From Antedon mediterranea (taxonomy: Eukaryota; Animalia; Echinodermata): DNA of 64,000 nt. The position numbers and the translations under genes were made by a program. Position 1 is the stretch's first letter; every line of letters starts with the position of its first letter. Location: the NCBI RefSeq assembly GCF_964355755.1, contig NC_092674.1, forward strand, positions 18,476,001 through 18,540,000. The letters are read 5' to 3'. The notes below the pieces were generated by a model, which saw only the letters and a list, made by a program, of their open reading frames with translations, had not been told where the DNA came from and ran no database searches. Shown here in pieces: positions 34,861-47,443 of the stretch.

Positions 34861-37800
34861 TTTCGAGGGCCAATTTTTACGCCAAATAAAATATTATGTT
34901 CATTCAATATTTAACTCTTTAACGTCCACATACTAAACAAAACCCCAAAAAAGTAAAGCTGAAGTCTAAATTTTGTTTTGTTTCAGTCAGTGTACGATTT
35001 AGATATGGATCGACAAAATTCAGTCATAGCAGCTGTAAGTTTCATAAATGTTTTGATTAATCCAATCCCATTATTTAAATCATTTATTTTCAATTCGATA
35101 TCAATGTTACTACCCAATTTATTTCTAGTTGATACTGTAATCTTAGAACTTAGATCTGTCACTCCATTGTGTTTGTAGTAATTCTATATAAAAACGTAGA
35201 TGTAGATTGCAAAATCCCCCAATGTATATTTTTAGTCTTTTGTGAGATTAAATTTACTCACCTTTATTTACATGTTTCGTTACAAAAAAATGAACTTCAT
35301 CCTGCCTTAAAGCTTTGTTGAAAGTAGAGAATATTTGAAGGATGTTACTGCTGTAAATTCTATGACTTAGCAATATTATTTAATTTGATTTAGGCCTAAA
35401 GTCCAAATCCGTATCTGGTGAGCTGGCCGCTGGAAAAATAGATAATTCTTGCGAAATATGTTTTAGAAAAAAAAAGGTGGAAGATAAGTCCTGATACGGG
35501 CATTGCATTGAAATTGCACAAATAATAACATACTCTATGCTACAATTATTTTTACAGACTATAAGAATGTAATGGTGTCAATAAATTCGAATTCCTATGT
35601 TTATTATGAGGAGAAGGACTTGTGCAATTTTGGACAGGCAAGATTTAAATATGAGCTGGCGCAGGTTGATAGGTATCCACTATCAAGATCTTTCGTTAAC
35701 AGGGTCAATGCACTTCCCAACATCTATTCTAAAGCTAATTATGACTACATGAAATTTATTCATGATTTCGGAACAGTAAGTGTATTTGAGTTTATACTGT
35801 TTTGTATTATCATAGTTGTTTACTAAGAACAATAACTAGCCTTAACTGGATAAACTTTAATCATGTTAGTTATCATTAAATACAAATTGAAAATCTGCCG
35901 ATATTTTCTAATTAAAAATATAATCTAAAAGAACTCTAACAAGTTGTGTTTACTTACTCTGCTTTTATTATTAGCATGTTGTGAACGAGGTAAACCTAGG
36001 AACTAAAAACGTGAAGCGATACCAGTGGTCAAGTTCAGCTTTTGCATACTACTCTTCGGAATATGTATGTTATTAGTATAGGCTTACTATTTTTAAACTT
36101 ATGGCTTCATTATTATAAATAATTCTATAGTTTACCTTGTGAGAAAGATAATCCTCTTTTGGTATATCTCAAACCTAACCTTGGGGGTAGGCTATACGAT
36201 TGGTTGACACAATAATTTATTTCCTTCAGTATTCTTCGAGTACTTCACTTGGAGGGTCGTACATGGGCTTTAAAAGCTCAATTGATGTAAACACAGATTC
36301 AGTTAAAAGGTCTATGGATACAGGGTTTAATGTTGGTTTGCAAGTTGAAACATATACACTAGGAGACAGCAACCTTGCCATGCCATATGCATACCAATTG
36401 ATGGGTATGGAAGAAGTATTCGACGTTCAGTACTGGCAGTTGCACCAGGATTATGTGAACTCAGGAATTCTGTCTGATGATTTCTATGGTCGTCTTACAA
36501 CTATGCGATATAATATGGAACAAGCATTAACTGACTATCCGGAATGGTTGAACAGTGATGAGGCACAAGAAGGTAGAGTATCAACTAATAGCAAATGTAC
36601 TGTAGTGTCTATATATAAATTATGCTTAATTCTGACATAGGCGACACAATGGAAAAACTTCGGGAAAGATCTCCGCCTTGGATACCTACCTTATCTAATT
36701 CAGATATACTGCGAAACGTAGATTTGATAACATTAGTTCTCAATATTACGATAATGTTCCATATTTCTTCGATTTTTAAGCGTTGGCGGCAAAGTTAGTT
36801 CCGGATTCACAGTGAGTTGTCACCTTGCAACTTCTTGGTTTCAACTAAGTTGGCCGTTGGTGGCGATAGCAATTTTAGTTTTTTGTTTATTTTCGGACCG
36901 CGCGTGCGAGAATAGTATATAAAATTACATCGGGAGAACTAATGATAAGATCTTTTGTTTGAAATCAAGTGAAACCCCGATAGCCGAGTTGTTGAGTAAG
37001 CTGGCAGGACTGTATAACTGTGCACTATCGGTGTCCCGTTAGGACCCTGGCATACTTCTGCCGCGCCCATGTTGCAAGCCTTCTAAAACGTCTTCCTTCT
37101 TAGGGCGAAACGGCCCATTATTGTGTCGCGGAAGTTAGTTTCAAAAGATGTTTATTAATTTAATTAATGTATTAAGTATACCAATTAGAATGGTATTTAT
37201 TTGAATAAACGCCTAACACCACCCCAATAAAACATCACTGAATAATAATCGCCGCCCTCTCCACATCTAATAAACGCCCATCCACATTTATATACACAAT
37301 ATTGTATTCTATTTTTACAAAATTATACTATTTGTATTCAAATTCATCGGACTGTTATCTACAATTTACCAAGCATTTTTCATTCTTTGCTACCACTTTT
37401 CATATCTACTAGAGGATTTTATTTTATTATGAATGTTACCATTATTATCAAAACTAAAAAATAAAACCCTCAAGTAAACACCTCCCTAAAATTAACTCCG
37501 CCTCCTCACCTCCACCCTATTAGGGCCCTGTTAAAACCGCTAATGTAAAAAACGCGAGATAATGTTGAAACAACCGTTAATGTAGAACAATCCGCCGCTA
37601 ATGTAGTAAAACCTCCAGCTAATGTAGAAACACCAAACGATTACGGTAGTAAATAACAAGCACGAGTGTGCGATACTCGGGGTACAGCAAAAGAAGCTGT
37701 AATGACGTCATAAGACGGGATGTGGAGACATCAGTTAGGTATAATTACTGTGTGACTTTTTTTAGTTGTGAGTTTTGTGCTAGGACCCTAGGCCGTCGAT

Positions 37801-40800
37801 ATGTCTAAGCCCAAGGAATCACCTGTCACGTTAATACTGAAGTGAATAAGGATAAAACGTTATTTTATAACTCGACTACGGTAATTTTACTGAATAGATT
37901 TTAGTTTGAATCCTTTATCGTGAGCTTGTTTTATATATACTTTATAGTCCCTATAATATTATCAATATTCTTAAAATATCATTTTTGTATTATTATCTTT
38001 GAAAATCTATAATTAAATTGATCATGATTAACGTATTCACAATTAATGTAAGAAATACATGCGTTGGTTTCTGGATCAAAAATCAAAAGACTAACATCAA
38101 CAAATTTGTATAGATTCTGTTAGTAAATGCGGTGTTATCATATCACGATTTTTAGTTGTATTTTGTGCACACTAAACTAGGAACTAGTAACCAACTTCAC
38201 AAACATGTTTCACGACCTATCCAGGTCGTACCATCAGGCCGAATGATGGAATTGTGGCGTTTGGTCAATGACCCGTTAGTAACGCATCTAGGTATTTTGT
38301 TGTGGATTAGATACCTTTTTAACATTTTTTTCTATCTATATATAAATTTACGTAAGGGCAAAATTCGGTAAATCGCGCCTTACTTTTAGAATTGTTACTC
38401 GATGGTATATAAGTTGGTTAGTACTTTTGGTACTGATTTTAACCACCTGATGTAACCCTGTTTACTAATTAAATTAAGTTAGATAATTAGTTATTGACGA
38501 TTAAAACGAATTTAGGTTCAACGATTTGCCCCAAATAGGGGTGTTTTCCGATCGTGGTATACACTGTCTAATGGATGTCCATCTTGAAAAATACCCGCCA
38601 CAAAAATGCGAGGAGTCTTCGCATTTTCCTATCTCCTCCTACGATAATTGTTTTTAATAGCTGAAAACTGGTTGAACAGCTAGAGTACAGCATCATAATG
38701 TTGAAGACAGGCCGATTTTCTTAAAAAAATACTATTTTGATAGATTTAATATACGATTATACAAATGTATTGATTTGCGATGAATGGAACATCCCAATCT
38801 CTCAGTCTGCCAGAGTTTGCTTTAACACAAGTAGGTAAATTTATGAGCCCTTGGTTTAACACATACGGTAGGTAAATATATGGGCCCTTTGAGAATAAAC
38901 TTGAACAAAACTTTGAAAATACTGTAAATACCTATTAACTATTTTTGGTCCTCATTTGAATCGAACATTTCTTACTGTGAATGTTCGTACTGTTAGATGT
39001 AATATAAAAATATATACAAATAAACTTTATTACTGAGATTGTGGTTAGGCTCTACTGTTAGATATATAAACACATTATTATATACAAATAAACTTTATAC
39101 TGACAGTTCCTTCTCAACGTTTGTATCTATAATATAAATTTACGTAAGGGCAAAAATCGGTCAATCGCGCGTTACTTCTAGAATGTTTACTCGATGGTAT
39201 ATAAAGTTGGTTCGTACTTTCGATACTGATTTTAACCACCTGATGTAACCCTGTTTACTAATTAAATTGAGTTCGATAATTAGTTATTGACAATTAAAAC
39301 GAATTTAGGTTCAACGATTTTCCCCAAATAGGGGTGTTTTCCGATCGTGGTATACACTAAATGCATGTCCATCTTGAAAAATACCCGCATACAATAATAC
39401 GAGGACGCTTCGCATTTTCCTATCTCCTCCTACGGTAATTGCTTATAATGGCTGAAAACCGGTTGAACAGCTCGAGTACAGCATCATAATGTTGAAGACA
39501 GGCCGATTTTCTTTAAACAATACTATTTTGATAGATTTAATATACCTTTATACAAATGTATTGATTTGCGATGAATGGAACATTCCAATCTTTGTTCCAC
39601 AAGTGTCTATTCCTTCAGGCGTCGTAAAGGCAAGTACTGTATACTCAAAATAGAAATTCAATCCATTTTTTTTTTCAATCTGTGCTGCAGAGGTTGGATA
39701 TAGATTTTTTTTAAACGGATAATGAGCTAGCGTTTTCAGTCGCCGTATATTTATGTACAAATCTTTATTATTGCAGTTAAACCACCCACATCATCACCCT
39801 TCCCTCACTGGCATGAGTAGCGTTGTAAAGACAGTAGAGGATAGGCCTACAGTGCATCACAAGCCCTAAACGCACAACAACTTTGGTGGGTAGGGTAGGA
39901 ACCAACTTAAATATGAATTGGCTCTAAGAAACAATTGAAAACCATTAGGCCTACTAATTTAGTTGAGTTAGATAATTTAATATTTATTGACGATTAAATC
40001 GAATTTATGATTTGCTCCGAATAGAGGTGGTTTTCACAAATTGTTTACATTATATAAACATATACACACGTCGTAGTGATGTATCGTTACATGTACTCTA
40101 CTTTTCAATCGACTAGGACGGTGATAGTTTCAACAAGTATTACATCGCAATGTTTTACTGTGTTTAGTGGTATATTATTTGTAAAACATGAAAACAATTA
40201 ATATTTCGTTACTAAATGGATAAAGAATATATTTAAAAATTGTTCCTGTTTGCACCCATCCTCTTCCCCATCCCTCAATCCTAATGTTACATATAAAACA
40301 CAAATTAAGTTTGTTTAAATTTGACTTAAACGATTGGTCTTATTTTGTGACAAGTTTCTCTTTCGAAAGTAATTCCCAGGGTGCTAATTTTAGTTGAGTG
40401 CATAAATCTGCGGTACGTACATTTGAAATCGCCAGTTTTTTAACACTTAAATTATTATGTATTCGAGAACCATCTGTGAGCACGACCTAGATGGTACGCT
40501 CGCTTCGCTCGCGTACCATCTAGTTTTGTTGAAATAGAATAACTTTTAAATAATTAAAATAAGCAATTATCACAAGCATAGCTAGAAATTATCTATCTTT
40601 AAATAGGCCTAGATAACATGTTGTAGCAATGCTTCTTTCAGACGCTATAATAACTGTTCCCATAACATGGCCGGTCGGTAATTTTGGACTTCCCAAAACA
40701 AATACTGGATGTCCAAAGACCCCAGGATTTACGTTCCATTCCGGATGGAGATACCATGATTCAGAAGATGATGACAACAAGAACTACTGGTCAACTCCGT

Positions 40801-42480
40801 TGCACTTTGTAAGTGGATCAGTTGGTAGCAGAGACATGGCACAACATTTCTGTATGAAAACTCAAAATACAGTTACCATGTATGACGGTGATTGGCCGAA
40901 AGGGCAATATTGCGTTTTTCATCCATCCAGTGGAAACTGCCCAGTTGGTAAGTAGCCTGAACGTATGAAAGGCATTTACAAAATTATATTTTTTTGGTTC
41001 GTCCAATTTTATTACATATATATGTATATGTATGATAAACATTTTTAAGCATAATTTTTTTTTCTGTTATTTGTATGTTACACAAATATTCTTTCACCTT
41101 TAATTATCAAACAAATAAAATACATAATTTCGAATAGAATATTTCAGCGTTTTTCAACTATTTAAAAAAAAACCTCAATTTTTTTTTCAAATGAAAGAGT
41201 AGGCCTACTTTCACAAGCGTTTCCAATGCTAGAGAAACGAGCGCACAGTTATTATGCTCTGAGACCACAACAGCAAGAGATTGGAAACCAGTAAATTGCA
41301 CTTTGTGTATTCCTCCTATTATGTAAATTTGCTGAGTCATCGGCAATTAGCTTATTGGTGGTCATCAGTAGCTCTGTGAATTTGCACATGCACAGTTTTA
41401 TGATCCAAGAAGAAAGTTTGAGAAAGAATCTAGCGAAATACGCCGATTAACGCTCTCAAATATTGGTGTTTTTAGTTTTTGCCAAACTGTTATTGTGACG
41501 ACTTGGTCTCCAAGTCGGACTATTCTTGAGCGCACACGTAATTTGAACAATGAGAATATTAGGTCTAAATTGGAAGATCAAAAGAACCGACACGCGTTGC
41601 AAATCTCTTTTAATATAGTTGTCTCAGCTGTGCATACATTTCTTAGTGTTGCTAGGAAATTCAAATTTCATTTCTATCAGTTTTCACACTCATAGCTTTT
41701 AGCGTTTAGCACAATTCTAAACTGCAAACAAAACGTGTGCATAATTATGCTACAGTACCAAATTTGAAAAGAAAATGGTAGTATGGAAAATGTTATTTGA
41801 AAAAAAAAGTAGCATAAAGTCTGTCCAAGATGAATGTATCAGTAGTTAATTTATCACAAAAAAATATACAAAACGGTTGGTTGCTCATTTTGATTAAGCA
41901 GCTTTTTACAATTTGAAGGAACATTTCGCCGTTTTCTTTCTCAGGCCATCCTTATAAAATTATAAACAATTTAAAATACAAAGCCAGTCAGTAGTTATAA
42001 TTAGTTTATGCATTAGTTGCGGATACGCCTGGACTTTTTTTACTGGACGAATAATTGAAATTCGTGTTTACGATCAAACATACTATTTATTGTTTTTTTA
42101 TAGTTTAGAACTGTATTCTTTTGAATTTTGTAGGAATGGCCGCCGGATATATTTATTGGGATGATGAGGATGACGACAACAAAAATAGCTATTCGGGATC
42201 ACTGCCACGTGGTGGTTATGGTGGTAACACTCTCATATATTATTGTTGCAAAGTAGACGGTTTCGCTGAAAATGCTATCTACCTTCCTACGGATAGTCCT
42301 TTCTACCTGTTCCCTTACAAAAATATTTGTCAGTCGGTAGAAGGAGCAAACGTTAATATGGAGTACTTTAGATGGGACACAGAAGACGATGATAATGGGG
42401 ATTACGCTGGTGGTTACTATCCTTATAAAACAACTCATAACAATCACCGAATATATTACTGCTACTATACTCCTAAGTAA
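34351..42480 (+). CDS. Gene B: secreted MACPF + ApeC domain protein, ~576 aa, 7 coding exons
   Basis: Join 34351-34729, 34987-35034, 35558-35775, 35975-36064, 36230-36572, 40642-40947, 42134-42480. All GT-AG and phase-compatible; total 1731 nt. Signal peptide, YLGISYNLLYGNPDG, FIHDFGTH, and an ApeC with 8 Cys and DSED/DDED/DTED. Confidence 0.92.
34775..34858 (+). mobile_element. Short L2-like 3' tail insertion
   Basis: GCGCCTTGAGC...GCGCTATAAAA followed by (ATT)n. Confidence 0.55.
34987..35034 (+). CDS. Gene B 48-nt micro-exon
   Basis: tttcag|TC AGT..AGC T|gtaagt; VSVRFRYGSTKFSHSS. Confidence 0.85.
35558..35775 (+). CDS. Gene B exon 3
   Basis: tttacag|AC..; YVYYEEKDLCNFGQARF...YMKFIHDFGT|gtaagt. 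Confidence 0.92.
35975..36064 (+). CDS. Gene B exon 4 (90 nt)
   Basis: ttag|HVVNEVNLGTKNVKRYQWSSSAFAYYSSEY|gtatgt. Confidence 0.9.
36230..36572 (+). CDS. Gene B exon 5
   Basis: ccttcag|YSSSTSLGGSYMGFKSSIDV...GMEEVF...QE G|gtagag. Confidence 0.9.
37030..37530 (+). repeat. Interspersed repeat, with an inverted copy at ~43560-43975
   Basis: GGTGTCCCGTTAGGACC, TGTCGCGGAAGTTAGTTTCAAAAGATGTT and CCCTATTAGGGCCCT occur as (near-)reverse complements at 43560-43975. Partly similar to the MITE at 29454. Confidence 0.75.
38335..40523 (+). mobile_element. Composite non-autonomous Helitron: two 5' ends (38335, 39126) and one 3' end
   Basis: A|TC starts; 3' perfect hairpin CTAGATGGTACGC...GCGTACCATCTAG|T at 40487-40523. 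Confidence 0.75.
40642..40947 (+). CDS. Gene B exon 6 (ApeC first half)
   Basis: PITWPVGNFGLPKTNTGCP..GWRYHDSEDDDN..FCMK..WPKGQYCV..NCPV G|gtaagt. Confidence 0.93.
42134..42480 (+). CDS. Gene B last exon (ApeC second half)
   Basis: tgtag|GA ATG; GYIYWDDEDDDN..YYCCK..LPTDSPFYLFP..WDTEDDDN..YYCYYTPK*. Confidence 0.93.
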
Positions 42481-42524
42481 TTGTAGAGTGCTATTATAGC
42501 CTGCGTGTGTTCAACCAATGTCAT

Positions 42525-42850
42525 GCATGTATTTGTTCCTGATCAAGAGCTCTGTTACACAATTGGATATAATGAGATTATAATAGGCCTACAATATAAA
42601 AATAATAATATGTTATCATTGCAAACCCCGCACACATTTTGACTGGCTGCCTAGTTGATGTAATTATTGTTACCGTACATTAATATGGTTGATACAATCT
42701 ATACTATTTGTATTGTTTCTGATCAAAAGCTCTGTTACCCAAATAAATATAATACAGTAAGAATGAAATAGGCCACCAATATAGTAATACAAATATTTTG
42801 TCATTGCACGCGTTGTACACATTTGGAACTGAGTGACTAGTTGATGTTTT
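42525..42850 (+). repeat. Diverged ~180-bp tandem duplication in the 3' UTR of gene B
   Basis: CTGATCAA(G/A)AGCTCTGTTAC..ATAGGCC..TCATTGCA..CTAGTTGATGT occurs twice. AATAAA at 42898. Confidence 0.7.
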
Positions 42851-43024
42851 AAAGTGGAGGCACAAACAAAATTAAGTTGTTATTTTATTCAGTTCATAAT
42901 AAACATTAATTACACTTATATTCAAGTATTTTTTGAATTTATACTTATTTATGTATTAATTATACTAGAAGGTATCTTATATAATGATGTTAAGGTTCGG
43001 GAATCAAAAAGATAATACAATATT

Positions 43025-44420
43025 AATTCATTCATTTATTTGATCAAAATCACATAAAACAAGTAAAAAGGTTCATGAATAAAACAGTATTAAAAACAAC
43101 ATATATAAAACTATTTTAAAAACATCTAAAACCGTATAAAAACAATGTTTAAAATATTGTTAAAATATTTAGAAACCATTACAAATTCATAAAAGATATC
43201 AAAAGGGTGAGAAAGGTGATTTCGATCAGGATTGTCCAAGAAAACCAATAACTCATGTTTATTTCCATTGGAGTCCTTGGGGTAAAAGAAGTTTAAAAAG
43301 AAGAAGTTTAGATGCTATGTCGTTTTGATGCGAACTACTTTTCTAAACAAGAGGGTGAGCTCGTTTCGCTCGCTCCCCTAGGAAATGTAGACGATGGTTC
43401 GGAATGATAATGACTCGGGTAAAAAGGTTTTAGAAGGACGTTCTCTTTGTACGTTTTCTGTCGGTTACCATTATTGAAAATGCTTGACATTCGTAAAACT
43501 AAACCTACTCTGTTTCACAGTGTCTTAGATGATTAATAAAAGTATAGTGTTTACTGTTTGGTAGGGCCCTTATAGGGCGGAGGTGGGGAGGCGGAGTTCA
43601 TTTGAGGGAGGTGCTTATTCGAGGGATATGTTTATTTTTTTAGTTTTAATAATATGGTAACATTTATAATCAAATAAAATCCTCTGTGGATATGAGAAGT
43701 GGGAAAAAGAATAACAAATGCTTGGTAAATTGTAGATAACAGTGCGATGAATTCTACTACAAATAGTATAATGGTGTTATAAATGTGGATGGGCGTTTAT
43801 TAGATATTATTTTATTTATTCAAAGTGATGTTTTATTGGGGAGGCGTTCATTCAAATAAATACCATCCTAATAATTAATACAATATTTAATTTAAACATC
43901 TTTTGAAACTAACTTCCGCGACAGAGTGGGCCGAATTGAAACATGGGCAGACATCCCGGTCCTAACGGGACACCATCTTCAAATGCTATACTGTATATAG
44001 GTATACAGTATATACTGTATATATTCTATAGGGCATATAATATAACTCAGCACTATAAGCGTTTAATGCATCAGGTCATAGGATACATCAACATTTATCA
44101 ATCGTATGTTAACGTGCGTGTATGTTTTTAAAAATGTAATGTCAGTAAAAATTTTAAAATGATTACCTATAATTCGTCAAAGTGACGAATTAAATTCTAG
44201 TTTTTTAGTGCTTTTGGTGCTGCAGTGTACCACGATGAACACGCATATTCAAAGTGGATTTGAATGAGAGCATAGCAAAGAATTCTTCTTTCGTTTTCTC
44301 TAAGAAAAGATGCTTGTCTATAGAGAAATTTAGTCTACCATTAATACAGTCTATACTTTGGATTAATATTTTTTCACCTGAGAGAGTTTCATCAAGTGAC
44401 CCTAAGTATTTGATTGTTGA
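43025..44420 (-). mobile_element. Second, disrupted copy of the LINE::HINE composite seen at 9110-13250
   Basis: 43025-43345 matches 9110-9450. 44165-44420 matches the HINE 3' hairpin plus LINE RT junction at 12700-12940. Confidence 0.8.
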
Positions 44421-45019
44421 CACTAGTAATATAGTACAATACAGTATACACAAATCTATAAATCGATGTATATTAAAAGGAAGATAAAGTTAACAGACAT
44501 ACTGTATTCTATTTCTATCTATTTTGTATTAATTGCAAAAGCAAACAAATTTAAATACAAATTGCAGAGTCATCGCAAATAATGTTAGTTCTAACTGTAA
44601 AATGAAGGTTTGTAGTCATGCAATCACAAAACTACAGTTTTTTCCGTCCTCACGGGTATAAGGACATATATAATATATATAATTTCATAGTCGTCTGTGT
44701 AAATGTTCATGTTTTGAAAAATCTTCCAAAGTATGTTAATATCATTTCCGACAGGAAAACAGTGACTTCGTTGAATCTGGTTGAATATTCTTGCCGTCTC
44801 CTGTTGTTCAGTTGAATGTCTTGATTTGTGGTGGTAATAATGTTTGGTGGTTTGTCTTTAAGATGAACAACAATGTATGTTTTCTGGTGGTGTAGGCCTA
44901 ATTAGAAAAAGTAAATATGATTGCAACTTTATCCTCCTTGTTTGTACCTGCTTATAGGCCTAAGTTGGGGAGCCAGAAATGGTTCACCTGCACCCTCTAG
45001 CAAACTATTTTAACAATGT

Positions 45020-45720
45020 TTTTTTGCTTCCTTATCAATACAAATCAATTTTTTGCTGTTGGCCAGTACAGAGGCCAAAAGGTCAATATGGTCAAAGTTA
45101 GAACTGTGCGTAACTTGGTAATTACTGGGTGTATTGGAATATTTTTTGTGCCAAACTACTCAGAAGCCCTATTCACTCTAATGGGAAACTTTTGCGAAAA
45201 GTGGACAGAAACCCCTTTTCTGACCACTGGTCAAGAAATTGGCCATATGAATATATCATCAACTACTGGTCAGAAAGTGATAATTGTGGTCTCAAATTAC
45301 TCGCAAAGTATATGTTTATATTTGTAATGTAATAAAAATCATAAACTGTCAATAAACCCCTTATTTTGACCTTTGACATGTAGCCGGCACAAATATTTTT
45401 GGCTTGGAGCATACTTTTCATATCTCAGAAATTATTGGGCGGATATGGTTGTACATGGTGTAAAAATACTCAGAAGATACATATTTCTATTCACTTTAAC
45501 TTTTGCCACAAATGACCGCGAAACATTATTTCTGACCATTGGTCAAGAAAATAGCCATATCAATATCTCAGCAACCACTAGTATAAGAAAGTTATAATTT
45601 TAGTCTCAAAAATATATATTTATATTTGCTCTAATACAACAGAAATACACAAAATGTTAAAAAACACATTATTTTGACATTTAACCTATAGCTGGTACAA
45701 ACATTTTTGTGTGGAGCACA
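45020..45720 (+). repeat. Interspersed repeat with an internal ~300-bp diverged duplication
   Basis: CTATTCACT..TTTCTGACCAYTGGTCAAGAAA..GCCAT..TTATTTTGAC occurs at ~45170-45375 and ~45485-45680. Confidence 0.6.
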
Positions 45721-46224
45721 CTTACATTTTTAATAACTAGCGAATATTGTCTTGCTTAATATAAAAATATCAGTGACGTGATCATGTGTGAGTATGGTAT
45801 ATACTATGATGAATACTTTGTATCGGAAGTCCTAAGTAGATACATAATTCTAATAATTTTAATGAATAACATCACAGTTAAATCACCAAGATCATCATTA
45901 ATATTTAGTATTCTAATTACAATCTAAACTATATCATTGTTCAACAATTTTAAAGAACTCCGGTAAATGAATGACAAATGCTATACAGTATACTGTTACA
46001 TATTTTAAACCATAGTTGAACAATAAGAACAAATCAAACAGTATGACTATATAACTTATAATAATTTATAACTAATACTAATGAAGCTTACCATGTTTGT
46101 TATGACATTGCACAGTAAACCTTAAACATCATACTACTCAGTATATATATTTTAATTAAAACTAAAAATTAATAATTTAATTCTAAAGAACTTAGGTTTG
46201 TTTTATTCAGCAATTTGGTTTCGA

Positions 46225-47280
46225 GAACCAGGATTCCTGTGGAAAGTGGAGGAAGAGTGACCGCAGCAGCAGATTGTAACCAAGCCGATAGATGAATTTG
46301 ATGTTGAGGTAAAAATAGTGTGCGCTACGCAAGCACAAGAAGTAGTCAACCCATTGAGTAAATTAACTCAACACTATTCTACTTGGTATGCACTCAAAAG
46401 GTGAAGTCCTCGCTAATAAATCGTTATTCGCAAAATAATCCTGATATATCAACAAAAGCTAGGTTTCCAGGTCAAGTACACTCTACAAGCTGGACTCAGT
46501 TTTAATTGTTAAAGTTCTGACTGTTGCTGATCTCATACTCAAAGATATTCATTTGAAATGTGGGCATAGTTGTAGGAATATAATGTTAGCAAAACTGAGG
46601 GAAACGTACTGGAATAATGGAGCAAACGCTCGTAAGAGTAATCGATGTGTCATTTGCAGACGACATCGTGGCAAAATTATGGAAAAGAAGATGGTCGATC
46701 TACCTTATGATCGAGTCAAAGCAGGTGAACCCCCATTTACCAATGTTGGAATAGATTTTCTTTGGGCCGCTTCATGTTAAACAAAGGCGATCATCAGTTA
46801 AAGGATATGGTGTTATATTCATCTGTTTAACTTCTAAAGCAGAGTACATAGAAGTAGCTGCGTCCACACAAATTGTTGTATAAATGTTTTACGAAGATTT
46901 GTCGCTCGACGTGGAAATGTGAAAACAATAAGGTTTGACAACGGAACTAATTTTATTGGTGCGCAACGAGAGCTGAAGAAAGAATTAGAGGCGTGGAACT
47001 CGCAGTAAGTGCATCATAACCTTCCTCAAATGGGAATAGATTGGATCTTTAATCCTCCGGCTGGCTCCCATCATGTTGGCATTTGGGAGAGGCAGATAAG
47101 AAGTATTCGGAAGATCCTGTTTGCATTACTTACACAGCAAAGTTTAACAGATGCTAATAGTGGAAACATTTCCAAACAAAGATGGGTTTACGCGAAGAGT
47201 TAAAGTTAAAACTCAAACGAATACCATTGTTCGTCCCATAGATAAGCTATGCTTGCTGTTGGGAAAAGATTATATTATAC
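46225..47280 (+). mobile_element. BEL/Pao LTR retrotransposon integrase region (degenerate)
   Basis: [68 protein letters not shown] and RPIDKLCLL. Confidence 0.9.
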
Positions 47281-47443
47281 TGAACTTTTACATATATGTT
47301 ATATTAAGCAGCATAACTATACTGTAAAATTGTATTTAAAGAAATGTCTATGTTATGATATAATAGTAAGAATGATATATTGGATTATGTAATTTATTTT
47401 ATGTTTAATGAGGAAATTGTGATTCACAATTGAAGGATGAGGA

